Shown here: one piece after another, positions 1 through 9,262 of the stretch
Layout of the letters: every line of letters starts with the position of its first letter
How positions within the stretch are numbered: the stretch's first letter is position 1
Assembly: GCA_012523545.1 (NCBI GenBank)
Contig: JAAYIH010000021.1
Location: forward strand, 4,357 to 68,356
Length of the DNA: 64,000 nucleotides
DNA from: Bacillota bacterium
Lineage (GTDB): Bacteria > Bacillota > Proteinivoracia > UBA4975
Direction: 5' to 3'
The notes under the pieces: generated by a model
Databases searched by the model: none
What the model was told of the DNA's origin: nothing
The model's input: only the letters and a program-made list of their open reading frames with translations
Position numbers and translations under genes: made by a program

Positions 1-454
1 CCAATGCCCTGGCAATGGCTACACGCTGTTGCTGGCCGCCGGAAAGCTGATGAGGCCAGGAACGGGCCTTGTCTGCCAGCCCCACCTTGTCCAGCAGTTC
101 CATGGCCAGTGCTTCGGCCTCTTTCCGGGTCATGCCCTTTACACGCATTGGGGCCAGGGTGATATTGTCTATGGCCCGCATGTGGGGAAAGAGATTAAAC
201 TGCTGGAACACCATGCCCGTGTCCCTGCGCACACGGTGTTTTACCACATCCTTGCTGGTAACCTCAACGCCGTCAATAAAGATCTGGCCGGAATCGGGTT
301 CCTCCAAGAGGTTGACGCAACGAAGCAAAGTACTCTTGCCGGAGCCGCTGGCCCCAATAAGCACCACAACCTCACCTTTAGCCACCGACACCGACACGCC
401 TTTCAGCACCTGATTGGCGCCGAAAGACTTTTTCAGATTCACTATCCTGATCAT
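1..454 (-). CDS. Polar amino-acid ABC transporter ATP-binding protein (GlnQ/HisP family); N-terminal part only, the C-terminus runs off the window
   Basis: Reverse-complement translation from the ATG at 454 gives MIRIVNLKKSFGANQVLKGVSVSVAKGEVVVLIGASGSGKSTLLRCVNLLEEPDSGQIFIDG...LSGGQQQRVAIARAL, i.e. Walker A, Q-loop and the ABC signature. It lies downstream of the permease and substrate-binding protein on the same strand. Confidence 0.85.
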   Translation of the reverse strand, partial: MIRIVNLKKSFGANQVLKGVSVSVAKGEVVVLIGASGSGKSTLLRCVNLLEEPDSGQIFIDGVEVTSKDVVKHRVRRDTGMVFQQFNLFPHMRAIDNITLAPMRVKGMTRKEAEALAMELLDKVGLADKARSWPHQLSGGQQQRVAIARAL

Positions 455-1166
455 AGGGTCCCAGCCTCCTCTCCAGCCGAGCCAAGAGCAACGACAAAAT
501 ATAAGTTATGGCAAAGTACACTATGGCTATGCCAATGTACATGGTAAAGTACTCATACGTGCGTGAAGCGATGAGGGTAGCCCGATATGTCAGTTCGGCA
601 ACGCCAATGTAGCTTACCAAAGATGAATCCTTGGTCAAAGTCACCATTTCATTGCCCATGGACGGGATTACCCGGCGAAATGCCTGAGGAAATACAATGT
701 GCCGAAATACCTGAAAAGGAGTCAGCCCCAGAGACAGGCCAGCCTGGGTTTGGCCGATATCGATGGACTGGATACCGCCGCGGAACACTTCCCCCATGTA
801 AGCGCCGCTGTTCAGACTTAGCGCGACAATACCTGAAGCCAGTGCAGGCAGGGTCAAACCGAATTCCGTCAAACCGTAGTGGACAATCATGATTTGTACA
901 ATCATCGGCGTGCCGCGGACAAAGGCCACATAAGCGCCTGCTATGCTCTTGAACAATTTAACTTTGGAAAGGCGTGCGCAGGCAATGATGATCCCCAGAC
1001 AGATGCCGGCAGTAACTGAACTTGCACTGACCAACAAAGACAGCTTTGCGCCCTCCAGCAGTTTTGGCATGGAATTAATGATGAGGTTAATAGAAGATTG
1101 CGCAGTTAGAAACGGCAGTACGATGCGTACAGGAAATAGTTTGAACAACAGTAAGAGTGGTGTCAT
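378..1166 (-). CDS. Amino-acid ABC transporter permease (His/Glu/Gln/Arg/opine family)
   Basis: The track ORF is a polytopic membrane protein carrying the EAA-like loop (..SLNSGAYMGEVFRGGIQSIDIGQTQAGLSLGL..). It sits between the substrate-binding protein and the ATPase. Its 3' end overlaps the ATPase start by about 77 nt. Confidence 0.85.
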   Translation of the reverse strand: MTPLLLLFKLFPVRIVLPFLTAQSSINLIINSMPKLLEGAKLSLLVSASSVTAGICLGIIIACARLSKVKLFKSIAGAYVAFVRGTPMIVQIMIVHYGLTEFGLTLPALASGIVALSLNSGAYMGEVFRGGIQSIDIGQTQAGLSLGLTPFQVFRHIVFPQAFRRVIPSMGNEMVTLTKDSSLVSYIGVAELTYRATLIASRTYEYFTMYIGIAIVYFAITYILSLLLARLERRLGPYDQDSESEKVFRRQSGAERRVGVGG

Positions 1167-1178
1167 CGGGTTGCCGCC

Positions 1179-1940
1179 TTACTCTCCAAACCACTTCTTA
1201 AAGATGGCATCGTAATCCCCGTTGTCCTTCATCTTGGCCAGCGCAGAATTGATTTTGTCCATGAGTTCGGTATTGCCTTTCTTAACGGCGATACCATACT
1301 GCTCGTTGGTGAAGGGTTGGCCCAATATTTTCATGCCGCCCAGGTGCCTGATGTAATTTTCAGCCACCGGCTTGTCGATAATGACCACATCGGCACGGTT
1401 GCTTTTCAGTTCCATGAAGGCCTCATTGGCCCGCTTTAATTGCTTGATATTGGGATGATCGGCATTGCCGTAGATATCTTCAGCAGCAAAAGAGCCTGTG
1501 GTCCCCATCTGGACAGCTATAATCAATCCTTGCTCGGCAATATTGTCCACAGTAATATCCCGGTCTTCGTCCTCCCGGACCACCAGGCACTGGTAAGCGT
1601 CAAAGTAAGGCTCACTGAACAGCACCTTTTCCGCCCGCTCCTCATCGATAGTCATGGCGGCAATGACGATGTCAATCTTATCGGTGGACAACTCCTCAAT
1701 CAGGACGTGAAAATCCATGTGCACGATTTCCAGTTCCCACTCATTGTATTCAGCTATTTTCTTGATTAAATCGATGTCAAAACCTACGATGTTGTCGTTT
1801 TCATCTGTGGTTTCAAAGGGCGGAAATGTGGCTTCGGTCCCCACTCGCAGCACTTCCTGCTTGCTCCCGCCGCAGCCGGCAAGGGCAGCGCACACCAGCA
1901 AGATAACACCCAACAGAGCAAAACCTTTAGCCATCCTCAC
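1179..1940 (-). CDS. Amino-acid ABC transporter substrate-binding lipoprotein
   Basis: Signal peptide with a lipobox (LAGCGG) and the family 3 solute-binding fold (VGTEATFPPFE..GFDIDL). It is the first gene of the SBP-permease-ATPase operon. Confidence 0.85.
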   Translation of the reverse strand: MRMAKGFALLGVILLVCAALAGCGGSKQEVLRVGTEATFPPFETTDENDNIVGFDIDLIKKIAEYNEWELEIVHMDFHVLIEELSTDKIDIVIAAMTIDEERAEKVLFSEPYFDAYQCLVVREDEDRDITVDNIAEQGLIIAVQMGTTGSFAAEDIYGNADHPNIKQLKRANEAFMELKSNRADVVIIDKPVAENYIRHLGGMKILGQPFTNEQYGIAVKKGNTELMDKINSALAKMKDNGDYDAIFKKWFGE

Positions 1941-2107
1941 AGGTAGTCACCCCTTTTTATAATTTAATTAATTATATACAAACCGTCACTGGAATAAAGT
2001 ACTAAACCAGTAAAGGTTGTATGTGCAATACAATTCTCCACTTACGACAAATATCCTTTTCCCTGTTAAAAAAGTACAGAGGCGAACTTAAGCTGCCCCG
2101 GTCTGCT

Positions 2108-2791
2108 CTATTGGGCAAGATACTTGTAGAGAAAAATGCCCGCCAATATAACAGGCTGATGGATCAGGTAAATCCACAGGGAATTTTTGCTGATCCAGGT
2201 TATTACCGGGTTTTCCCAGCTGAATTTAAACAGGCTGCGCCCTTTATGATAATACAGTTTGTAGGCAATCATTCCCATTATAAATACGGCCAGGTACGGA
2301 AACAAGGGAAAATAGTCAATGGTTCTGAAACCGGGATAGGTAATGCCCAGGGGCAGCAGCCACCCGGTTTGCCCCTTGATTCGCCCGATGCGGGGGGCAA
2401 GGCCGAGAATCCCCGCCGCCAGGGCAAGCAACTGCCAGACTTCAAGCCTTTTTAGCAGGAAATGCAACAGCATGCACACCCCCAAAAAGTGGAGGATGCC
2501 AAAGCGCACATACTGGTCCCCCAGCGCCAGGTACGTGGACAGGGAAATGCCGGCGGCAAAGCCCAGCAACCGAAGGGCGTTAAACAGGGGCTTGCGGCTG
2601 AACCCGGTGCTGACCCCCGACACAAAGATAAACAGCAAGTACGTCCTGGTATAAACACGCCAAAAAGGGGTATTCAGGTCGATGGCGACGCCGAGAAATT
2701 CATTGAGATCGTAGAGGAAATGGTAAATAATCATCAGGAGGATGGCAATACCCCGCACAAAATCTATTTCCCAGATCCGTTCCCTGCGCAC
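2108..2791 (-). CDS. Integral membrane protein, DUF1624/heparan-alpha-glucosaminide N-acetyltransferase-like
   Basis: Hydrophobic multi-pass ORF with an N-terminal motif (FVRGIAILLMIIYHF) typical of this acyltransferase-like family. Confidence 0.4.
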   Translation of the reverse strand: MRRERIWEIDFVRGIAILLMIIYHFLYDLNEFLGVAIDLNTPFWRVYTRTYLLFIFVSGVSTGFSRKPLFNALRLLGFAAGISLSTYLALGDQYVRFGILHFLGVCMLLHFLLKRLEVWQLLALAAGILGLAPRIGRIKGQTGWLLPLGITYPGFRTIDYFPLFPYLAVFIMGMIAYKLYYHKGRSLFKFSWENPVITWISKNSLWIYLIHQPVILAGIFLYKYLAQ

Positions 2792-3612
2792 TTTTCTCCC
2801 CCCTGCTCTCCCCTGCTTTCCCGTTCCAGGGCCAGGCCCAGCTCCCGCACCGAGGGAAAGACGTAGTCGGGACGGTCCGGAGTACCGGCCAGGTCCTCCG
2901 CCCGGGTCTCACCGCTCAGCACGAGGACGGACACCAGCCCCGCCCGCCGGGCCATGGCCACGTCGGTGTAAAGGCGGTCGCCCACCATGGCCGAATACCC
3001 TGGCGGGGTCTGGGTCAGGGCCAGCGCCGCCTCGATGATTTCGGCGTTGGGTTTGCCGATGACCTTGGGCCTGTGCCCGGTGGAAGCCTCGATGAAGGCG
3101 ATGATGGCCCCGGCGTCGGGCATGTAGCGCCCGCCGGGCAGCGGGCAGTTGAAATCGGGGTGGGTGGCGATGTACCCCACCCCCTGGCGGATCAAATCGC
3201 AGGCGTCCCACAGCTTTTGGTACGTCAGGGTGGTGTCAAAGCCCAGCACCACCCAGTCGGGCTGCCCGGCCTTGTCCACCAGCGCAAAACCGTGTTGGAC
3301 AAACTCCCGGGCCAAATCTTCGGTGCCCAGCAGAAAGATGCGGGCGCCGGGCTGGCGGGCTTTGAGGTACAGGGCGGTGGCCTCGCCTGAGGTCATGACC
3401 TGGCCGGGTTCGACGGCAATGCCCAGCCGGGTCAGTTTGTCTACATAGGCCGCCTTGCTGCGGGAAGAATTGTTGGTGAGGAAACAATAGCGCCGGCCCA
3501 GGCGGCGCAAGGCATCGATGAACTCCCGGGCGCCGGGGATGAGGCGGTCGCCCAGGTAAACGGTGCCGTCCAAATCCAGCAAAAAACAGCGAATTTCCGC
3601 TAACGGACGCAT
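2764..3612 (-). CDS. HAD-superfamily hydrolase, subfamily IIA (NagD-like sugar-phosphatase)
   Basis: The DLDGTV motif comes right after the start. There is a ..GKP.. motif and a C-terminal GDRLYTD(V) motif. The start was moved to the ATG at 3612, which is preceded by GGAGGG; the upstream part of the track ORF is an extension. Confidence 0.75.
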   Translation of the reverse strand: MRPLAEIRCFLLDLDGTVYLGDRLIPGAREFIDALRRLGRRYCFLTNNSSRSKAAYVDKLTRLGIAVEPGQVMTSGEATALYLKARQPGARIFLLGTEDLAREFVQHGFALVDKAGQPDWVVLGFDTTLTYQKLWDACDLIRQGVGYIATHPDFNCPLPGGRYMPDAGAIIAFIEASTGHRPKVIGKPNAEIIEAALALTQTPPGYSAMVGDRLYTDVAMARRAGLVSVLVLSGETRAEDLAGTPDRPDYVFPSVRELGLALERESRGEQGGEKCAGNGSGK

Positions 3613-3741
3613 TCTTCTCCCTCCAATGCATGAACTATTCGCCGCCGAGGGGTGAAAACCTGCCTGAAGCGCCAAAACGCCCGCCTGCATACATGGAAAC
3701 CCGGAAAAACACACATGCTACTCCTGATAGGAGGATGGAAA

Positions 3742-4029
3742 GTGAATAACCTGAGTTTGCGTACCCTCATCATGGCGGGCATCGGCGGCGTGGCCTGGTC
3801 GCTGGAAAAAGGCTTGGATGCGGTGGAGCAACTGGCCGCCAGGGGCGAGCAGGCAGTCAACCGGGGCATGGAGCTGAACCGGGAACTGCGGAACAGGTTT
3901 GCGCCCCCGGGCCGCGCTCAAATCGATGATGCAGTCCGGGCCGCCATCGCCGCCGTCAATCCCGCCAGCAAGCAGGAAGTGCAGGATTTGGAAGCCAGAA
4001 TCAGCCGGCTGGAAAAACAGCTGCTCTGA
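3742..4029 (+). CDS. Small coiled-coil protein, phasin-like (COG3937-like)
   Basis: AGGAGG lies 7 nt before the GTG at 3742. The product is alanine- and glutamate-rich and ends in a heptad-like stretch (EARISRLEKQLL). It is immediately followed by the ubiB-family kinase with only a 2-nt gap. Confidence 0.4.
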   Translation: MNNLSLRTLIMAGIGGVAWSLEKGLDAVEQLAARGEQAVNRGMELNRELRNRFAPPGRAQIDDAVRAAIAAVNPASKQEVQDLEARISRLEKQLL

Positions 4030-4031
4030 AC

Positions 4032-5612
4032 ATGAAGAACCAAAGCCCCCGCCAGCGCCTGCAACAAATTATCGGCGTCCTGGCCAAGTACGGGCTCAAA
4101 CAAGGCGTGGCCAACCCCGCCGCCCTACGCCGGGCCCTGGAAGAACTGGGGCCCACCTTTGTTAAGATTGCCCAAATCCTTTCCACCCGGCCCGACATCC
4201 TCCCGGAACCCTGGCGGGAAGAGCTGGCCAAACTGCAGGACGATGTCAGGCCAGAGCCCTTTGACGTCATCCGGGCAACGGTGGAAGCGGAACTGGGCGG
4301 GGAACTGGGCAATTTTTTTGCCTTCTTTTCTCCCCAGCCCATGGCCTCGGCTTCTATTGCCCAGGTGCACCTGGCCCGCCTGCTGGACGGCTCGCCGGTA
4401 GTGGTCAAGGTCAAGCGCCCCGACATCGAGCAGATGATCTTCAACGACCTCAAGCTGCTGAAGCAACTGGCCCGCCTGGGCCGCTTCTTTCCCCAGACCA
4501 GCGTGTGGAACCCGGCGGACGTGGCCGACGAACTGCAGCAGGCTCTGGAGCTGGAACTGGACTTTCAGCACGAGGCCGACAACATCCGGCGCTTCCGCCT
4601 GGGCCACGCCGGCATCCGCTACATCGCCATTCCCCGGGTGTACCCCCGCTTTTCCGGCCGCCACGTCCTGGTCATGGAATATATCCGCGGCATCAAGGTA
4701 TCGGACCGGGCTGCCCTGATTGCTGCGGGCTATGACCCCGAAGAAATCTGCGCCAAAATAGTCTGCAATTTTATGCACCAAGTACTTGACCTGGGCTTTT
4801 TCCATGCCGACCTGCATCCCGGCAACGTCCTCATCAGCGCCAATAAGATTGCCTACCTGGATTTCGGCCTGGTGGGCAACCTCAGCCCGCGCATGAAAAA
4901 GCACTTCGGCAACCTGCTGACAGGTATCGTCGAAGGCGACCCCGAAAAAATCGTCGCCTCCATAATTCACATGGGCATAAAAAAAGGCAGGCTGGAGCGC
5001 AGTCTGCTCTACACCGAGATCGAGCACCTCTACAACAACTATATTTCCGCTTCAATCTGCGACCTGGACATCCCCCACCTGGCGGAGGAAATCTTTCGCA
5101 TTTGCCGCCAGAGCCGGCTGGCCTTTCCCCGGGACATCGCCCTGTTTATCAAGGGCGTCCTGGTGCTGGAAGGCCTGGTCCACAGCCTGGCCCCGGACAT
5201 GGAGCTGGTGGAGCTCATGGCGCCGTACATCCGTTCCCGCTTCCTCGGCGCCCGGAGCATCCGCCAGGAGTTGCGCCAGTATGCCGGCAGCCTGCAGCGG
5301 GCAACCCGGTCGGGCCTGCGCATCCCCGACAAGCTGCTGGAGGTGCTGAACAAGCTGGCGGCGGGCCGGGCCGTCCTGCAACTGGAGGCCCGGCACTGGC
5401 AGGAGGCAACGGCCGACTTCAAAAAGTCCGTCAACCGCGTCGTCTTCGCCATGATCGCCTCGGCCCTTATCATCGGTTCCTCTCTGGTCATTGCCGTGGA
5501 CGCAGGGCCCAAGGTATTTTCCATTTCCATCCTCGGCCTGGCAGGCTACCTGAGCGCCGCCGTCATGGGTTTGTGGCTGCTGATCTCCATTTTGCGCTCG
5601 GGGAAAATTTAA
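4032..5612 (+). CDS. ubiB: ABC1/UbiB-family atypical protein kinase
   Basis: Motifs of the ABC1/AarF kinase domain are present (PLASASIAQVHLARL..VVVKVKRP; HADLHPGNVL; DFG). There is a C-terminal transmembrane pair. Confidence 0.85.
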   Translation: MKNQSPRQRLQQIIGVLAKYGLKQGVANPAALRRALEELGPTFVKIAQILSTRPDILPEPWREELAKLQDDVRPEPFDVIRATVEAELGGELGNFFAFFSPQPMASASIAQVHLARLLDGSPVVVKVKRPDIEQMIFNDLKLLKQLARLGRFFPQTSVWNPADVADELQQALELELDFQHEADNIRRFRLGHAGIRYIAIPRVYPRFSGRHVLVMEYIRGIKVSDRAALIAAGYDPEEICAKIVCNFMHQVLDLGFFHADLHPGNVLISANKIAYLDFGLVGNLSPRMKKHFGNLLTGIVEGDPEKIVASIIHMGIKKGRLERSLLYTEIEHLYNNYISASICDLDIPHLAEEIFRICRQSRLAFPRDIALFIKGVLVLEGLVHSLAPDMELVELMAPYIRSRFLGARSIRQELRQYAGSLQRATRSGLRIPDKLLEVLNKLAAGRAVLQLEARHWQEATADFKKSVNRVVFAMIASALIIGSSLVIAVDAGPKVFSISILGLAGYLSAAVMGLWLLISILRSGKI

Positions 5613-5698
5613 CTTCCTGGAAAAAGCAGGGAATGCACCCGGCTCCGGAGAATATGTCAGAGAAGCGCGCAGCACAAACTGCAAGGGAGAGGATAACC

Positions 5699-5977
5699 AT
5701 GAAATACTTTGTACGTCTTAACAAAAAGGGCATTGCCGCGCTGCCTGACAACAAGCCCGGGGTGTACATCATCCGCAACAACAACGGCACCAATATGTAC
5801 ACCGGCATTGCCAAGCGCAACCAGGTCCGCGAAACCCTGGCCAGCCACCTCTATGGCGGTGAAAACTATATTCCCGGCGCGCGCGTAAGTTTTCAGCAGT
5901 TCAACAACCTCACCGAGGCCAACGCCAGGCTCAAGGCCATCCTGGACCGGGACAAGCCCAAGTACAACAATTTATAA
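5699..5977 (+). CDS. Small GIY-YIG (URI) domain protein, YazA-like
   Basis: Only the last 279 nt of track ORF 5102..5977 carry an RBS (GGGAGAGG). The product has a GVYIIRNNNGTNMYTGIAKRNQVRETLASH pattern, matching the GIY...YIG...R...H core. Confidence 0.5.
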   Translation: MKYFVRLNKKGIAALPDNKPGVYIIRNNNGTNMYTGIAKRNQVRETLASHLYGGENYIPGARVSFQQFNNLTEANARLKAILDRDKPKYNNL

Positions 5978-5981
5978 GCAC

Positions 5982-6010
5982 AGCCGGCCCGGCAACAGCG
6001 CCGGCTTTTT
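5982..6010 (+). terminator. Rho-independent terminator after the GIY-YIG gene; it overlaps the stop of the convergent gene
   Basis: agccggcccggcaacagcgccggct hairpin followed by TTTTT. Confidence 0.45.
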
Positions 6011-6666
6011 CATCCCCTGCCGCCCAGGAATTTGGCCAGCCGGCGGGCAGAAAACGCCGCCAGGGCCAGCCCGGCCAGGATGGCGGCCACCGTCTGGCCG
6101 GGGTTGTACCACCAGCGGATGCGCAGCCACAGGCCGGGAAAGCGCAGCAGGTCGCGCCAGCCCCAGCTTTCCCTTTCCCCCACCGCCAGGGTATATTTGC
6201 CCCCCGTTCCAGGCGGGTGGTATACCGCCAGTTGCCACTCCCCCGCCGGCAAATGGCGCCGTACTTTGGGGCCCATGCGGTAACTGGTCTGGGTAAAGGG
6301 CTCAAAGAATTTTCCCCCGTCCCGCCACTCCTCCGCCTCTGCGCCGAGACCCGGGGGCACGGCGACGGGAATTTCCGGGCCGGGGTCGGGCAGTCCGGGG
6401 CCGATCAGCACCAGGACGGGGCGAAAGTCCTTGCTGCGGGAACGGGCGGGCACCATAAGCTGGCAAGCGAACTCCATGCCCTGCCGGGGCACGCTGAAGC
6501 GAAAATAGTCCACCTGCCCCGCCCCCAGTTCCCGGTAAATTGCCAAGGAAATGGCCGGGTCGGGGATGTCATAGGGCTCCCGGGCCTGGGGAAATACCGG
6601 CCGGTGGGCACACACCGGTCCCCCCAGGAGGAGCAAAATGCCGGCGCTGAGAAGTATCAGTGTCAT
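6010..6666 (-). CDS. Hypothetical secreted or membrane-anchored protein
   Basis: N-terminal signal peptide (MTLILLSAGILLLLGGPVCA) and a C-terminal hydrophobic helix. No recognisable catalytic motif. Confidence 0.4.
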   Translation of the reverse strand: MTLILLSAGILLLLGGPVCAHRPVFPQAREPYDIPDPAISLAIYRELGAGQVDYFRFSVPRQGMEFACQLMVPARSRSKDFRPVLVLIGPGLPDPGPEIPVAVPPGLGAEAEEWRDGGKFFEPFTQTSYRMGPKVRRHLPAGEWQLAVYHPPGTGGKYTLAVGERESWGWRDLLRFPGLWLRIRWWYNPGQTVAAILAGLALAAFSARRLAKFLGGRG

Positions 6667-6808
6667 GGTCGCCTCCTGTGCAGAATTTTAGCCCTAGTAT
6701 CCCCAAAAAATGCCAAAATATAAACGGGCTTCCGGGCCCGTTTCTGTTTTGCCCGGCAGGGATTTGCCCCGCCCAGGGCGAAATAAGATGTAATCACCGA
6801 CGGGAGGT

Positions 6809-7945
6809 ATGCCTATGCTGTACAGACAATTCGGCCGCACCGGCCTGGAAGTATCCGTCCTGGGCTTCGGCTGCATGCGCCTGCCCACCCTGGATGACGG
6901 CGGGATCGACGAGCCTGAAGCCATCAGGATGATTCGCCATGCCATCGACAACGGGGTAAACTACATAGACACCGCCTGGCCCTACCACAAGGAAAAAGGC
7001 GAACTGCTGGTGGGCAAGGCCCTGCAGGACGGCTACCGGGAAAGGGTGTTCCTGGCCACCAAGTCTCCGGTTTACCTGGTCAAAGAGCCGGCAGACTTCG
7101 ACAAGTACCTCAACCTGCAGCTGGAGAAACTGCAGACGAAGCACATCGACTTTTACCTGCTGCACGCCCTCAACGGCCAGCGCTGGCAGGACTGCAAGGA
7201 ACAGCAGGTCTTTGATTTCATCCAAAGAGCCAAGGCAGACGGCCGCATCAAGTACATCGGCTTCTCTTTCCACGACAAGGTCGAAGTCTTCAAGCAGATT
7301 ATCGACGAGTACGACTGGGACTTCTGCCAAATCCAGCTCAACTACATGAATGAAGAGTACCAGGCCGGGCTGGAAGGCTTGCGCTACGCCGCCGGACGCG
7401 GGTTGCCTGTGGTAATTATGGAGCCGCTGCTTGGGGGCAAGCTGGCCCGGGCGGGCAAAGAACTGCAGCGCATTTGGGACAGCGCCCCGGTCAAACGCTC
7501 GCCGGCGGCCTGGGCCCTGCGCTGGCTGTGGAACATGCCCGAAGTCACCGTCGTCCTCAGCGGCATGTCCACCATGAACCAGGTGCAGGAAAACCTCAGC
7601 ATCGCCGGGGAGGCGCTGCCCAATTCCCTCACCCCGGAGGAACTCCAGGTCATTGCCAAGGCCCGGGAGTTTTACCTGTCCCGTATCCAGGTGGACTGCA
7701 CCGGCTGCGATTACTGCGCCGACTGCCCCAGCCAGGTGCGGATCTCGTCAATCTTTTCGCTGCACAACCAGGCCTACATGTATGAAGACCACGAGACGGC
7801 CAGGGCCCATTACCGGCGCCTGATGGAAGCTGAGCGCGACGCTTCCCGCTGCATCCAGTGCGGTCAATGCGAAGGCCTCTGCCCGCAGAACCTGGAAATT
7901 CGCCGCCTGCTCCAGGAAATTCACCAGCGTTACAAATTTGCCTGA
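6809..7945 (+). CDS. Aldo/keto reductase fused to a C-terminal 4Fe-4S ferredoxin domain
   Basis: The AKR family N-terminus (GFGCMRLP, DTAWPYH) is followed by two Cys clusters (CTGCDYCADCP and CIQCGQCEGLCP). The RBS is GGGAGGT. Confidence 0.8.
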   Translation: MPMLYRQFGRTGLEVSVLGFGCMRLPTLDDGGIDEPEAIRMIRHAIDNGVNYIDTAWPYHKEKGELLVGKALQDGYRERVFLATKSPVYLVKEPADFDKYLNLQLEKLQTKHIDFYLLHALNGQRWQDCKEQQVFDFIQRAKADGRIKYIGFSFHDKVEVFKQIIDEYDWDFCQIQLNYMNEEYQAGLEGLRYAAGRGLPVVIMEPLLGGKLARAGKELQRIWDSAPVKRSPAAWALRWLWNMPEVTVVLSGMSTMNQVQENLSIAGEALPNSLTPEELQVIAKAREFYLSRIQVDCTGCDYCADCPSQVRISSIFSLHNQAYMYEDHETARAHYRRLMEAERDASRCIQCGQCEGLCPQNLEIRRLLQEIHQRYKFA

Positions 7946-7956
7946 GGGGGAGCGGT

Positions 7957-8301
7957 ATGCACAGGAGAATCCGCGTTCGTCCCGGCCGCGCCGCCTCTGT
8001 GGCCGGCGTCATTGCCGGGGCAGCGATGGTGATCATCGGGCTGACAACAGTTACAAACCTGTTTGGTCTTTTCGGTATTATCTGGACCCTGATCGCTGTG
8101 GCCATAACCGTCATGCACGCCATCAACGCCTTCACCGAAAAGGGCATGCCCGTCTACGAAGTAAACGTCGAAGGCGATAACCGGCGGGAAGAGGATTACA
8201 CCCGGCAACTGCTCCGGCTTAAACAGCTCAAGGACGACGGCATCATTACCGAGACGGAATTTAACATGAAAAAGCAGGAGATCTTGGCCAAAAAATGGTA
8301 A
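7957..8301 (+). CDS. Small membrane protein with a C-terminal SHOCT domain
   Basis: ATG at 7957 is preceded by GGGGGAG. It has one or two transmembrane helices and a C-terminus (LKQLKDDGIITETEFNMKKQEIL) that fits a SHOCT motif. Confidence 0.5.
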   Translation: MHRRIRVRPGRAASVAGVIAGAAMVIIGLTTVTNLFGLFGIIWTLIAVAITVMHAINAFTEKGMPVYEVNVEGDNRREEDYTRQLLRLKQLKDDGIITETEFNMKKQEILAKKW

Positions 8302-8325
8302 GTCCAGGGGAGACCCTGGACTTTG

Positions 8326-9171
8326 TCATGCAGTTTTTTCTTCCCTGGTGCCCATGCGGGTGGTAAAGGCGCCGCCCACCGCAATCAGGGATGCCACCAG
8401 GTTGACCAGGCTGCCCACCCAGGGCAGGCCGGCAGCTATGCCCAGCAGCAGCGCGCCCAGGGCAAGGGCCGCCAGATCGGAACCTGCACCCTTGAACAGC
8501 GAACGGCCGATGATCAAGACCAGGGCCGCCTGACCCAGTCTGTTGGCCGCCCACAGCAGCACCGACATCAACAAGGCGACGGGAATCCCGATGATGGTGA
8601 TAAAGGTGAGCAGGATCAGGGGAATGCCCGCCAGGTACACCAGCAGGCCCAGCAGGGCCATGCGCCCCGGTTTGTGCTCAATGCTGCGCCGCACCCGCTC
8701 CACCGGTACGGGGAAGAGGGCAAAGATCAGCAGGGCCAGCAAGATGCCGGAGACCAGGTTGACCCCTTTTAATATCCAGGAAAACTTGAGTATGCCTGCC
8801 GGCAGGCGGCGGAAAAACACCGGTAACTGCAGTGCGTCCTGTTCGCCCAAAATATTGACCTTGCTGCCGGTGATGCGGCTGCCATGCCCGGTGGACAAAG
8901 TGCCCAAAATGGTAACCACATCGCCCAGCACGCTGCCGGAAGAAGCTATGGTGGTGTTGCCCAGGATGGTGACTACGTTGCCGTAGACGGTGCCTTCAAC
9001 CCGCACGTTGCCAAAGATAACCACCACATCGCCCTGGACGACCTCATCTTTCTCCACCACCACGTCGCCGGCAATCCGGACAATGGTGCCGATGTTGCCG
9101 TTGGCAGCCAGCACCGGGGTAAAGGCAGAGACCGCCAGCACCAGGACCAGAACAAGGAGAAAACGTTTCAT
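8326..9171 (-). CDS. Bactofilin-domain (polymer-forming, DUF583-like) protein fused to a C-terminal multi-pass membrane domain
   Basis: A signal peptide is followed by repeated GDVVV/GNVxV/GNVVTILG beta-helix-like repeats and then about four transmembrane helices. Confidence 0.5.
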   Translation of the reverse strand: MKRFLLVLVLVLAVSAFTPVLAANGNIGTIVRIAGDVVVEKDEVVQGDVVVIFGNVRVEGTVYGNVVTILGNTTIASSGSVLGDVVTILGTLSTGHGSRITGSKVNILGEQDALQLPVFFRRLPAGILKFSWILKGVNLVSGILLALLIFALFPVPVERVRRSIEHKPGRMALLGLLVYLAGIPLILLTFITIIGIPVALLMSVLLWAANRLGQAALVLIIGRSLFKGAGSDLAALALGALLLGIAAGLPWVGSLVNLVASLIAVGGAFTTRMGTREEKTA

Positions 9172-9235
9172 CCCTTCACCTCCAATCCTTCACTCATAAG
9201 ACGCAGGCGGGCGCAAAAAGTCTGCCGCCGGGACA

Positions 9236-9262
9236 CAAAAAAAGAGGCGTCAGCCTCTTTTT
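9236..9262 (-). terminator. Hairpin terminator after the M23 peptidase gene (bidirectional in form)
   Basis: aaaaaaagaggcgtcagcctcttttttt: a GC stem flanked by an A-run and a T-run. Confidence 0.4.

Noticed and set aside
5102-5698. The upstream 600 nt of track ORF 5102..5977
   Set aside because: It overlaps the 3' end of ubiB in another frame and gives a Pro/Gly/Arg-rich translation. Only the final 279 nt, which have their own RBS, look genuine.
6700-6808. A sigma-54-like GGCAGG...TGCC element and a hairpin upstream of the aldo/keto reductase gene
   Set aside because: The spacing between the GG and GC dinucleotides is 9 nt, not the 10 nt required. It is more likely a sigma-A promoter region with an upstream hairpin of unclear function.
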